Shown here: piece by piece, positions 26,249-39,071 of the stretch
Position numbering within the stretch: the first letter of the stretch is position 1
Layout: every line of letters begins with the position of its first letter
Assembly: GCF_018977255.1 (NCBI RefSeq)
Contig: NW_024704742.1
Span: 9,178,001 to 9,242,000 of the forward strand
DNA length: 64,000 bases
DNA from: Callorhinchus milii
Lineage: Eukaryota
Direction of reading: 5' to 3'
Translations under genes and position numbers: made by a program
Notes under the pieces: generated by a model
What the model was told of the DNA's origin: nothing
The model's database searches: none
Seen by the model: the letters and a program-made list of their open reading frames with translations, nothing else

Positions 26249-27486
26249 CACAACGGCTGATGAACAGTTAACCATGAGGTAGGAGTGTCCAGTTAGGTGG
26301 GTGCTTTTCTACTTGATTTGCTGACATTTGTGATTAAGCTTTCTGCCCTCAAAGGATGTTTTATGTAACAGTTAAAGATTTATAGATCAGTGTTGCCTTG
26401 TCAGCAATTGGGTTATAGGGAGTCTGTCCACCAAGTCATTCTTCATCTTTGAAGACCAAGTGTTATTGTTTCATGGCAGATCACTTCTGAATGTAAAACA
26501 TTACCATTCAATGCAACCTTTTTGGTTGTTGCACTCTCTGACTATCAAGTGGGACTTATTATTATTTATAACCTGCTGTGCTATGTGTTTCATGTAAAGG
26601 GTGTTGAGAGTACGGGGTGGGGGTGGGTGGGGGGAAAAGATGTGTGCAGTGTTCCTAAAAGCTAAGAATACAACTCCTTAAAATATATAGCTCAAAGTAC
26701 TATGGGTCTGCCTGCATCTCCAATAAGATAACTCATCAAATAATTATTTCTGTGCCATTGCAGCCCTGTAGATGAGTTACAAGAAAACAAATGTTACATT
26801 ATTGCATGTTTTTCTAACTCAGATTTGTATTCTTGTTTTTTTTCTCCCAAAATCAATAAAACTATTTCTTTTCAAAATGGGCTTTATTGAAGTTTATTGA
26901 AGCCTTCTAGTTTATTGCCCCCTTCTTCAATATTTTAGAATTAGTAGTTGACTCAATTCCAACCGTTTCTTGTAGGCATTTATTCCTAGCTTTGCATTTT
27001 GCTGCCCATGAATTTTGCAAACTAGAAGTTATGATGTGCAAACATCACAAATTAGATCCTAATTATATAATTTATTTTCAGTAGATTGTCCTACATCTTT
27101 CCATATGAGAGATCACCTTTTGTAAATGGTTTGCATACAAATGCACACAAATCTACTCCAGTGGGAAATATTTTGAATTTCTAAGTGGAATTAATCTCAA
27201 TGAATTGCTTTTTAAGAAGCCTAATTCATCCCCAGTATCCCGGATGTGTGTATGTGTGCTTGAGCTAATCACAGGCAACGAAGGACAAGTTGTGTTCTAC
27301 AGATATTGTAAAACTGAGTTGATGAACGTAAATCTTTTTTCCACTTGATCTCCAAAATCTGGTTAGAAGGGATATTGTTACAAATACCTAAACTAATACT
27401 TTTGTTCCATTTTCTAGAATACTACATGGAAACTTCATCAGATGTATGCTTTAACTCAGTATCACAGGAAGAAGATTACCTCAGTG

Positions 27487-27627
27487 GTTATAACCTGGGC
27501 TGATAGAAAAGTGGGAGAATATTTGCCAAAATTGTGGGGCATTTGCTTACATTTTGCTGGGAATTGCTCAAATGCCCGCAATTTTTGGCAAATATTTCCG
27601 CATTTTTCTATCGGCCCAGGTTATAAC
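27487..27627. mobile_element. Palindromic MITE-like element
   Basis: Imperfect inverted arms of about 59 bp (gttataacctgggctgatagaaaa...ggcatttg / caaatgcc...ttttctatcggcccaggttataac) around a spacer of about 23 nt. Confidence 0.7.
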
Positions 27628-27758
27628 TAAAGCCAGAATGAACTCTCGCAGATAACATTTCACTAAGGTAAAATGCTCCCCTTTTATCCACTGTATGGAT
27701 GCTCTTTAGCTTTGCTTTCATGTGAAATCTTTTTGCCCTCTCGAAGATTAGTTTTAAC

Positions 27759-27877
27759 CTTGATTTTGAGGTAATTGCATATCTCCCTCTCAAGTGGACC
27801 AGGATTATCTCCAGGCAGATAAGCTTGTAAATCCGTGCGTGTGGAATGTACAGCAGTTGTCCCAGTGTGTGTGCGAC
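27759..27877 (-). other. Candidate exon (unidentified transcript)
   Basis: Acceptor ttggtttgtttcattgcag, weak donor AAG|gttaaa; open frame GRTHTGTTAVHSTRTDLQAYLPGDNPGPLEREICNYLKIK. Confidence 0.3.
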
Positions 27878-28534
27878 CTGCAATGAAACAAACCAATGAA
27901 ATGCAGTGGTTCAAGTAGTCATGGAGGATGATGAGTTCAGTAAGCTGCTTAATTTCCTATTGGCCTCTCTAATTTGTCTTTGGTCAAGACAAAATGAGAT
28001 TTTTATTATTAGGCCTAAGGAAATACCATGAAACTCAGACTAAACTGATTATGGGGTCTTGACATCATTTGCAAAAACATTAAAAAAACTATCTGTTGCA
28101 AAGCATCTTTTGATCCCTCTTAAGAAATTGTTAAAATATTAAATATACCCACAACACACTCTTATTGTGTTATTATACCAATATAATATTGTTATTACAC
28201 CAAAAGGTTTAACTATACATCACCTTTAATACAGGCGTGGAATCACTCAAAGGACCCAAGGTAATATTTGACCCTAGTGTGTAATATCTAGTACGGAGAA
28301 GTGGGGAGGAATAAAATGCTCCATTTCACTGCGCGTTTTATTCCTAACTCCAATGGGAAAACCAGAAAACAAAAGGGGATGTTTGAGTGAATGGACAAAC
28401 TAAGGCAGGCAGCACAGTGAAAATAAATCACTTCCACACATTGTAGTTTACTTCACAACCTCAGAGGAGGCTGTGAGTACCGTTTTAAAGAACTCTGCTT
28501 TTGCCTATTCACCCTCCTTCCCTTTGTGGCTTAC

Positions 28535-28613
28535 CTTGAAAGGATCCTGTTTCTGGGGTGAATGTCTCGCAGGTTATAGTGTGTTGCTGTAGAATGTTTC
28601 CTTTTGACCTCAG
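28535..28613 (-). other. Candidate exon (unidentified transcript)
   Basis: Acceptor actttgtttgcttctgcag and donor AAG|gtaagc; 79 nt of non-repeat sequence. Confidence 0.35.
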
Positions 28614-28692
28614 CTGCAGAAGCAAACAAAGTTCTCGGCTACATATTCAGTCATCGAGTCCACGTTATATGCCATCTCCTGTATCTCCTTGT

Positions 28693-28982
28693 GGAGTCCT
28701 GTAGCTCAGTGGTTAGAACAGTTGCCTTGCAAGCAAGAGTACTTCAGATGGATTCCAGGAAGGGCGAAACGTTGGCTCCTTATTCCATATGCCTCTGTTT
28801 ACCTAGCGGTAAGTAGGAACCCAGTTGTTAGTCAATTGCCGGATCGCTTTGCCAGGTGTAAAAATCTCTTAAAAAAAATATTGATTTGGTCACTCAATCC
28901 ACGACTGTTTGTGGGTCACTGCTGTACATAATTGTCTGCCGCGTTTCACCCACAAAATATACAATCAATTCACTTTACAGTA
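28693..28982 (+). mobile_element. SINE family A, 3' tail replaced by L2 sequence
   Basis: Head ggagtcctgtagctcagtgg; ends at cactttacagta. Confidence 0.85.
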
Positions 28983-29530
28983 ACTTACTCCAATGCACTC
29001 CTCGCTGGTCTCCCCAGCTCCACCCTTCACAAGATCCAGCTCATTCGAAACTCTGCTGCCCGCATGCTGACCCGGACTAAACTCCGTACCCACATCTCAC
29101 CAGTTCTGGCCCAGGCTCTACCGGCTCCCCATCAACAAACGGATCGACTTCAAAATCCTGACAATCGTGTTCAAATCCATCCGCTTCCTGACACCTGCCG
29201 ACCTCTCCGACCTCCTCACTCCCCAATTCACCACCCAGTGCCTCTGCTCGACTGGCACTGGCCTCCTTCTTGTCCCTCGCACCCTCTGCCCCACCATCGG
29301 AGGTTGTGCTTTCAGCCACTACAGCCCAAAATTCGGGAACACTTCCTCAATCCCTCCGTCTTGCCCCCTCTCTCTCCTCTTTCAAGTCCCGCCTGAAAAC
29401 TTTCCTCTTCAACCATGCTTATGGCTACCTCCCCCCTCCCACCGGCTCGGAGTTGGGCTCCACCACTGTTTAGTGCTCTGAGATGCTATCCTGTGTGGAG
29501 GATGCTATACCAGTGCAAGTTGTTGTTGTT
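28983..29530 (+). mobile_element. L2 LINE 3' fragment
   Basis: YSNALLAGLP..LHKIQLIRNSAAR; FKSRLKTFLF; (TTG)n tail. Confidence 0.9.
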
Positions 29531-29921
29531 GGCACAATCACCTTGCAGCACAAGGGACATCAACCACTCTGACCTGGTACACAATCAGCACATTGCCCAA
29601 AGACGTTCAAGGGCTATTGTCTTGACACAGTACATGACTGGGTAGGAAAACAGAACAGTGCAATAGGAGAGCATGGGATGTGTCGAGCTATTTACAACCA
29701 TGTGATTGATTGCTGTGATACTCGGAATTCCACACTGATGTCAGACAATGATAAGATGATGCAGTGCGGTTGCTGATATAAAGCAGTTGCTTTGCTAATC
29801 ATTGGAAACTGTCATCCTCAAACTATTCTTAAAAAACATTTATAGTTTTGAAAACGTCCATTAGAATTTTATCTCCTGCCGATTAGCTCTTCTCCCAGCA
29901 AAACAAATGGTTCAGCTTCTT

Positions 29922-30184
<263 letters not shown>

Positions 30185-30192
30185 CTCTCTCT

Positions 30193-30345
30193 TTCGAAGG
30201 GATTAATACTCCTAGAAAAATGATCTTTCAATTGACTAACAACCAGGGTCCTACTTACTGCTAGGTAAATAGAGGAGTGTGGAGTAAGGCAACCTGCCCA
30301 ACGTTTCGCCCTGCCTGTGATTGAACCCAGGTCCTCTCACTTGGG
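30193..30345 (-). mobile_element. SINE family A 5' half
   Basis: cctacttactgctaggtaaat...ggagtaagg...ttgaacccaggtcctctc. Confidence 0.85.
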
Positions 30346-30834
30346 AGCTGTGCTCTAGTCCTCGTGTGTAATGTTACCAATTCAGTTCCTGGACAGACCA
30401 GAGAACACAACACCTGTACAACCGTGTCAGACAATGTACGTAATTTGTAGGAACAATGGATCTGCTGTGCTTGTGTTCCGTGGGCACAAGAACAGCGATA
30501 TGTTGGGGGAAGTAACACTTATGGACCGGAGCTTCTGAGACGAGTTGAGTTCCTGGAACAAGCAGGAACAGTCTGTTCTGAAAACTCTAACATGTCAGCT
30601 GTTGGGTAAGGTCATGTTTCAGTGAATAATAGGCTCCAGGGACATTTTTCGCTTCTACATCTTTTTTTGTGTGTGCTCATCAAGGTGTTATTGATGCCCA
30701 CTGGAAAACGTTTCTGTTACAGGCCTCGCCGTATTGTTGTCAAGCATGAACTCCCAGATCAGATACACCACAGGCAGGTGCAGAGTAAAGCTCCTGTTAG
30801 TTAACCCTACAAATGCCCTTTAACCTCAAAAGGT

Positions 30835-31170
30835 GTCAGTCTGGCTTAGTCAGTTGCACTTCCACATCTGAGTCAGAGTTGGTACTTTGAACTCACGTCG
30901 GCTGATACCCCAGTTCAGTGCTGGGGATGTGCAGCAATGTCAGATGAGATGTTAAACTGAGATCCCGTCTGTCTGTTCAGGTGCAAGTTAAACATCCCAT
31001 GGTGATACTCGAAAAGAGAAGGGAGTTTTTCATGGTGTCCTGGCCAAGAATCTCCTGAATAAAATTGATCACTCACTTCATGGCTGTTTGGGGAACATTG
31101 TAAATACCTTTTACAGTAAATCCTGGGAAGATCCTCCTGATGTGAAAGGGGCTATACCAAATGCAAGTAT
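30835..31170 (+). mobile_element. Deu-domain SINE
   Basis: gatgagatgttaaactgagatcccgtctgtctgttcagg core. Confidence 0.75.
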
Positions 31171-32599
31171 AATTCTTCATAAAAGCAGATTCCCACCCCT
31201 TTATTGCTCAATGCCGCACTTCAGTTTTCAAACGAAAATTATTTCTGGTCACTTTGAATGTATTTTCCAATTTAGTGTCACATTTAGACCCAGTTAGCAT
31301 ACTGTAGCATGCTCCTTTCACATAGAATCCTTAGTGTGAACAGAGGGAAGAGTTATTGATCTCATTGATCTGAGCAGGGTTGAAACCCAGGTCCAAGCAA
31401 TGGATGTAATGTGTGCTGAGCAACTGAATTACATGTTCCCATTTTGCTTAATGGGTTAACTTGTTGTGAAAGTTTAGATTCTGTCGAGTATCCGATACTG
31501 TAGAACTGTGTCATTCCATAGTCACTGGCTTTCATGCTGCGTTCTAAAGCCACTGAATGCCTGGCTCAAGACCTTCCTTTTCAGTCACACTCCCTGCCCT
31601 CCACTCGCTTGATCCCAATCTCCAGCTCGAGTACAAATCCTTCACTGTCTATCTAGCACCTTGGGATGCCCCACAATGTAATTTGTTGTTGTTGAATTAT
31701 AGTTCCTTATGAGAGATTTTGATAATAATCCTTGCATTTAATACAGTGCCTTATCACATTTTCGAGATGTCTCAAAGCGCTTTACAGAATATACTGTAAA
31801 GTGAATTGACTGTATATTTTGTGTATGAAACCCAGCAGCCAATTTTATCTCTTAAAAGTGTTTCTAATACAGGCACATAGACTGCCATAGGGAATGTGCT
31901 GTTTGTTTTGTAGAGCTGCCTTTGGCTGTACTGCTGCAATATAAATGAAGTGGCGCTGGTTTACTTGTTCAACGGACTGTGCATAGAGAGGTGAGGGATC
32001 TTGTTTTCGTGTTGCTTTCCTGTGACATGTAATTGCAATTGTAATTGGCAGTTTGGGCTGTTGTCTGGAAATGCTGCAGCTCCTTACTGCCTCAGTCTTC
32101 TTTCTCTCACATAAACCTCACATTTAAAACTCAGGTTTAGTATCACCTAACCACTATTACCTAACCACTACTCCTTGACTTATCTAATTTCTTTACTACT
32201 TTCAACTTTGGTTGATCTCCCCTGTGGGCATTAGACTTTTATCTTGGTTCTTAACATAAAAAAGTACATAATTATATCCTTTGTTGTATTCCTTTGTGGT
32301 GAGATCACTTTTTAAGCGGTACCTCTAGAACACATTTCAAGAGATTTGGGAGTGCAATGGAACCATTAATCAGGGATCTGGTATTTCTTACTAGTTTAAG
32401 ACCATTGTATTATTATTTAAGATTGTGCAGAGTTTGGGCATGACTTTAAAGTAGGTTTAATTTGGAGGCCAGGTTTCCGCAGTTAAAATAAACTAGTTCC
32501 AAATTAGACCAAAACTAATATTTGCAAAATGCTGCATTAGCTTAATTTGTAAGACAGCGATCCTAAGGCTAAGACCATAAGAATTTTTGTAACCTTGTG

Positions 32600-33175
32600 C
32601 GCCAGCCTTGGCTTAGCTAGTAATTGCACTCTCACCCCTGCGTGAAAAGGGTGTGGGTTCAAGCCCCATGTTATGATTTAGAACTCAGAGAGTCGAGAGT
32701 GCAGGGTGGTCCAACAAGCTGCCTGCCGGATGACTTTGGTAACTTGCCAATTGCCTGCAAACCATTTAAACTTCACTGCTTTACCTTCCGGCTGCCACTT
32801 TGTTCTGGTCAGTCTCTGGTCAGATAATACGTGTGCGTGTGGCTCACCCTGGTGTAGATTAACACTCCAGTGCACTGCTTGGTGTGTGCTGCATTGTTGG
32901 AGGTGCCGTCCTTTGGATGAGATGTTAAACCGAGGTCCTGTCTGCCTGTTCAGGTTGGCAATAAAGGTACCGTGGCATTATAAGCAAAGAGAAGGTAGTT
33001 TGTCCTAGTGCTCTGGCCAACAATTCCTCAGATATAAATTAATTCTTCACTTCTGTTTGTGGACATTGCAGTGCACAAATTGGCTGCTGCATTTGACCCC
33101 AAAATACATAACCACTGCACTTTACAATATATTCTGTGAAGCACTTTGGTACGTCCTCCTGACGTGAAAGGCACC
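32600..33175 (+). mobile_element. Deu-domain SINE with an unrelated insertion of about 170 bp
   Basis: Well-preserved core gtgctgcattgttggaggtgccgtcctttggatgagatgttaaaccgaggtcctgtctgcctgttcagg; foreign sequence at about 32680-32850. Confidence 0.8.
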
Positions 33176-33399
33176 AAACCCAAATGTCACAGAGTCGTGG
33201 AGTGAGTGACCAATTTGTTTTGAGGGATTATTACCCCCGGAAAGTATCCGCCAATCGACTGACAACCACGTTCCTACTTACTGTGTAGAGGTTTTGCCCT
33301 GCCCGGGAATTGAACTCAGGTCCTCTCGCCGGCAAGGCAAGTGCACAAATCACTACACAATCACCTCCATTTAGCTCCATAATCTTTGTATTTGACTTA

Positions 33400-33778
33400 G
33401 TGCTTATCATCAATGTCTCAAAATGCTCCACAGATTTTACTGTGTAGTGACTGTGCACTTGTAAGTGATCTTGGCAGCTAATTTGCACAAATGGCTTTGA
33501 GGTGATGACCAATTTTGTGTGAAGTGACTGAATTTGGGGGATTGTTGGCCAGGGCACAGGGAGAAACTTCCTCCTTTTTTGAATAGTGATATGGGATCTT
33601 TAAATATCCTTCTGAACAAGCAGGAGTGACCTTGGTTTAACCTCTCATCTGAAAGACAGCAACACTGATAATCCAGCACTCCCCCAGCACTCTATTGGAA
33701 TGTGAACCTGGACTGTGGGCTCAAAGTCTTGATATAGGGCTCGGAGATGCGATTGTTACTGTCTTAGTCAGGCTGACC
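33400..33778 (-). mobile_element. Deu-domain SINE
   Basis: gggatctttaaatatcc...ttggtttaacctctcatctgaaagacagc. Confidence 0.75.
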
Positions 33779-33926
33779 ATTGATAATGTTTGGATCAGCA
33801 AATGTTTTTAATTCAGGAAATGGTCACAAACGAAAGTAGAAATTGATCTGATGTGAGAGAAAAATGAAGTGAGATTAGTGGAGCTTCTAGTTTGTTCGAT
33901 TCTGTTTTTCCCCCGGATGTTATCTA

Positions 33927-34103
33927 CCGGGTGACCAAAATGTTGAGAGACTATTACAATGTCTAATAAGTCTTAAAGATTTTTTTTAGATAATAGGGAT
34001 AATGTCGCCCACAAAACATACAATCAATTCACTTTACAGTATATTTTGTGAAGTGCTTTGAGATAACTGGAAGCCGTGGTAAGGCCCTATATCAAATGCA
34101 AGG

Positions 34104-34134
<31 letters not shown>

Positions 34135-34160
34135 GATATCATGACTTTTTGGTCACCATG
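33927..34160. mobile_element. Tc1/mariner-like MITE interrupted by a SINE 3' fragment (about 34005-34133)
   Basis: TA|ccgggtgaccaaaa ... tttttggtcaccatg|TA terminal inverted repeats. Confidence 0.55.
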
Positions 34161-34856
34161 TACATAGGCAGCTAGCACTGAGTCATTGTTCATTATGTTA
34201 CTGGTCGGATCACATTATTTCAAGCTAAATGTTAGAGGTACCGTCTTAGCATTTCTTATACTGGATACCACATGAATGTTGGCAAGGTTAAAGGGTCAAA
34301 GTTTGTGGATGGAGCAAGAGTGCAGGGACAATATTCAGCCTGGAGCAGACAGAATAAAGTAGAGATAAATCAATAGATTGTGTCCGCTGACCTGACTGCC
34401 GAATGCCGTGGATTAATTTTATTTTGTGAATGTGAATGCTGAGTGAACTGACAAGCTCTGATCTGCCAAACTTACAAACATTGCAATTTATGCACAACAC
34501 TTTTATGGCCCCGCATTCTACCTCATCTTAACCTGTAAGATCATTTTGCCTTAAAATTTGAGGTCGGATAGAATTGTGGAAAATCCTTCAATTCAGTCTT
34601 ACTATATAAATATACAAAATATACAGTCAATTCACTTTACAGTACATTCTGTGAAGCGCTTTGAGACGTCTCGAAGACGTGATAAGATGCATTCAGAATG
34701 TAAGGATTATTATTACTATTATTAATTTTGCCTACAAATGCAGGTTACTGAAGTTCGTGGTGGATCCAATTTTGATGAGATAAGGCACAATACCAAATGC
34801 AAGCATTTTTTAACATTAGCTCCTCATTACTGTCTCTACGCAGCTGCCGTATGTTA

Positions 34857-35103
34857 TAATAATCCTAGCACTTGATATAGCACCTTATAACGTCTTTGAG
34901 ACGTCTCAAAGCGCTTCACAGAATATACTGTAAAATGAAATGACTGTATATTTTGTGGGCGAAACGCGACAGCCAATTGCACACAGCAGTGTCCCACAAA
35001 GAGTCATGGATTGAGTGACCAAATTATTATTATTTTTGTTTGAAGGGATTATTACCCCCGGAAAAGCAATCTGCCAATCGACTAACAACCGGGTTCCTAC
35101 TTG
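34857..35103 (-). mobile_element. SINE family A, 5'-truncated
   Basis: Body and tail match family A. Confidence 0.9.
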
Positions 35104-35464
35104 CAGGATCGGGAAATGTATGCAGTACTATAGGGGCTCCTTGACCTAAGCTTGACTGTGCTCCCTAAACAGCTCGACTGCCTCCCCAAAAGGACTCAGG
35201 ATTGTCATGTAAAATGGCTGCCCTGATTGGAGAGGGACCCAATTTGTGGGCAGCGCCAAAAAAGCAAAAAACATCCGCACATTTAAAAACTTTGTGGTTC
35301 TTAAATGGAATCCTGAACTCCGATGTTTGGATTTCCCATATACCTGGTCTGCCCCAACTATGACTGGGGTTGATAATGATCATCATAATAATCATTATAG
35401 CCATCATAATAATGCTTGCATTTTATATTATATGTTATTGTATATTGAGTATATTGAGGGTATC

Positions 35465-35852
35465 GTCTGTCAGGCCTTCAGCTTCTCTTTGAACATCCAT
35501 CCCCCAGTCCCTTCATCTTGCTCCCTCCCTCGCCTCCTTCAAGGCATATCTCAAGACCCTCCTCTTCGACTGTTCATTCGACCACCCTCCTAACCCCTAC
35601 CCCCCCTTCCCTCCACTCCCTCTGAAGTTTCCTTCACACGCCTAATAATAATCCTTCCAAAACAAAACACTAATAAATTGGTCATTTGCAATCCACAACT
35701 GTTTGTGGGACACTGCTGTGCGCAATTGGCTGCCGCGATTCACTCACAAATATACAGTCAATTCACTTTACAGCATATTCTGTGAAGCGCTTTGAGACAT
35801 CTAGAAGACGTGAAAAGCGCTATATCAAATGCAAGGATTATTATTATTATTA

Positions 35853-35883
<31 letters not shown>

Positions 35884-35981
35884 CCCAACTGCCAGCTTAG
35901 GTCCAAATCCCTGACTGTCCAGCACCTTGGGTTGTTCTCCCAACATGAAAGATGATTTACAAATATAATTTGTTGTTGTTG
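35465..35981 (+). mobile_element. L2 3' end interrupted by a short-form SINE A (35626-35883)
   Basis: L2 sequence resumes after the SINE (TTA)n tail with cccaactgccagcttaggtcc...ttgttgttg. Confidence 0.8.
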
Positions 35982-37137
35982 TATATTTGTGGGCAAAGAC
36001 TGCAGCCAATTTACAAACAACAAGATCCCCAAACATGGAGTGAGTATATCTGTGGTATTATTAGCCACTGTGCCGGGAGAGAGAAACTCCCTTCTCTTTT
36101 CGAATAGTGTCACGGGATCTTTAACATCCACCTCAGATCTGAGCTGAACTGATTTTGTAAAAGAGCCTTTTGTGGTCCTCTCTGTGTTATTGCCTGCAGT
36201 GTAGGTTGGAGGCTTCGCTCGGCCAAAGATGCTGTGTTTTGGCAGTCACTACAAAGCCATGTGGATACAGAGAAATCAGGTAGAAACCAGGACCTTGATG
36301 GGTGAAACCAGAGCCTTTTGGCCGATCATGGACTCGGTGTGACCAAGAGGACGGGGCCAGGTCAAGTGAAATGGGAAGGCTCTGAAAAACACTCCTCCAG
36401 TCTTTTCAATTGCTTCAAGCTGTGGGATGGAGCCTCTGGTGATTCTTCCAAGAGGAAGCGGTCTCGCGGAATCACTGACAGCCATGTGACATGAAGCAGC
36501 TGGCCTGAGTTACAGGCCGGACTTCTCTGAAGTTCCCCCCAAATGCTAGGTGTCTGACATTCTCAGCTCCACAGAACGAAACATAGCAATATTCCTTGCA
36601 TTTTTATATAGTGCCTTTCAGGAGGCATGTATCGCCTGCTCCAAGAGTACCTATCCCGAGAGGAGACCGTGAGGTGAACCCAAAAGCCCCCAAATCATCT
36701 GGGCACCAGAGAGTAGAGGGGAAGTGGATAACTGAGAAGTAAGATAAAGGCAAAGCACTGTAGCCCACTGTAGTGTTGTCTCACATGCCATGGTTCAAAG
36801 TTTCCTTTCTTAAGGGCTCAGGTTTAAATTATGTTGACGTTTGCTTGCTTTCTCCTTAAGGGATCTGCGATTGTGTAGTGTAATTAAATCCATATGTTTA
36901 AGATCCCTATGTCCATTGCTCCTCTTCATGTCATTTCCATTTCAATGTAATGAATCTCCTGGAGGAAGTTTCCAGGAAGGATATCCGAAAGCTTCTTCTG
37001 TAGCTTTTTTGGACATTGTCTGCAGTGTGCTTGATTCTGCTCCTCCAAACCACACATGGGAAGCCAATAAGAAGTTTGTTGCTTAAACTATTATTTTAGA
37101 CATTTAGACGTTTGAACGTCTGAGACTCTAGAAACCA

Positions 37138-37483
37138 AGAGCACTCGTCTCCCAAGCGAGAGGACCTGGGTTCGATTCCCGGGGGCAGGGCGGAACATTG
37201 GGCAAGTTTCCTCACTCCACACACCTCTGTTCACCTAGCAGTAGGTGGTTGTTAGTTAATTGGCAGATCACATTTCCAGGGGTGGTAATCCTTTCCAAAA
37301 AATAAATTAATAAATAATAATAATTTGGTCACTCAATCCACAACTGTTTGTGGGACACTACTGTGTGCAATTGCCCACAAAATATACATTCAATTCACTT
37401 TACAGTATATTCTGTGAAGCGCTTTGAGACGTCTTGAGGACGTGATAAGGCGCTTTATCAAGTGCAAAGATTATTATTATAAT
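37138..37483 (+). mobile_element. SINE family A, long form
   Basis: B box ggttcgattccc, body and tail. Confidence 0.9.
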
Positions 37484-38124
37484 AAGTGCTGCCTGTTCAG
37501 GTGGATGTTAATGATTCCATGACACTATTCGATAAGAGTTGCCCCATTGCCCTGGCAAATAATTTCCCAAATAAAATTGGTCACTCACTTCATGATTGTT
37601 TGAAGGACATTGTTGTACATAGATTGGCAGTTACAGTTTGTTTGCCTACGAAATATCCAGTCATCACATTCTATGGTAAATAAAGTGCTTTAAGGCATCT
37701 CAAAGATGTGATGAGGTGTATTATGAAATTTAACGATTATTATTAATTTGTATGATCAAATCTTGGGAAAGCAAAAAAAAGGAACTAATATAATATCCTT
37801 TGATTATATTCTGTATCTCACTGTAAGGTGGAAAATACATTAATTGTTAGATTGTTACCATACATCCATTTTTACAACATTCAATGTTGTATTACTCTAT
37901 TCCGACTAATGTCCTATAATAGCTAAATGGCCAATGGGTCTGAACAATGGGACTGATTGTGAGTTTGAAAGGTGGGGAAGGAGCAGCTGAGGCCGAAGGG
38001 ACTGCAATGTAAATACTCTATAACTTTTGCCTTGCAAGCAAGAGCTCTGCAACATTCGTGTAACCTTTCCTCACACTGTCAACCTTAAGCAGATGCAAGA
38101 GTGGCAATGTGAGATCTCCAGACT

Positions 38125-38281
38125 CAGAAAAGCGATCCACTAATTGACTAACAACTGGGTTCCTACTTACTGCTAGGTAAACAGAGACGTGTGGTGTAAG
38201 CAAACTTGCCCAGCGTTGCACCCTGTCGGGAATCGAACCCAGGTCCTCTCGCTTGTGCTCTAACCACCAAGTTGTAGGACT
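38125..38281 (-). mobile_element. SINE family A 5' half
   Basis: Head plus the long-form internal segment. Confidence 0.8.
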
Positions 38282-38699
38282 TCTTTTATTGAAGGTAACT
38301 CAAACTGTTGGTTATAGTTACAAATTCAATGGCATCACCTGATATCTTGCCGAAGTATGTGGCTCTTATTTGAGCGAAAGCAATGAGCATCAACAGCTCT
38401 CTGTGAGGAAACTGAGCTCAATACTTCTTTCAACCTAAGGTGCATGTATATCCATTTTCCAGCATGAAGCCACAAGTTCTCTTTTAATAAAATAGAATAA
38501 AATCCTTTGAAATATTGATATGTAATAATGATAATGATCACTGCATTTGATATAGTGCCTTGTCATGTCGTTGAGACGTCTCAAAGTACCTCACACAATG
38601 TGTTGTATGGTGAATTGACTATATATATTGTGGGTGAAACGCGGCAACCAATTGCACACAGCGTATATTATCTTATGTTAAAGGTTTCGATGCTCTTTG

Positions 38700-39071
38700 T
38701 AGAATTTTCTGTAAAGTGGAGTGACTGTGTATTTGTAGGCGAATTCAGCAGCAGTATGCTCACAGCAATGTCCCCAAAACATCCATGAAATGAGTGACCA
38801 ATTTTCTATCTGGAGGATTATTGGCCAGGATATCTCGGGGAAACGCCCTTCTCGTTTTGAATAGTGTCATGGGATTTCTAGCGTCCAGCTGAACAGACAG
38901 ATGGAATCTCAGTTTAGCATTTCATCCAAAGGACAATACATCTGACATTGTTTTGCTCCTCCAGCACTGCACAGTCAGCCTAAGCTGTGAGTTCAAAGTC
39001 CAAACTGAGGCTTGAACCCGCACACTTCTGACTTGGAGGTGAGAGTGCTACCAACTAAGCCAGGCTGACAC
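38700..39071 (-). mobile_element. Deu-domain SINE, near full length
   Basis: Head gtgtcagcctggcttagttggtagcactctcacctcc; Deu-type core; shared 3' body. Confidence 0.8.
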
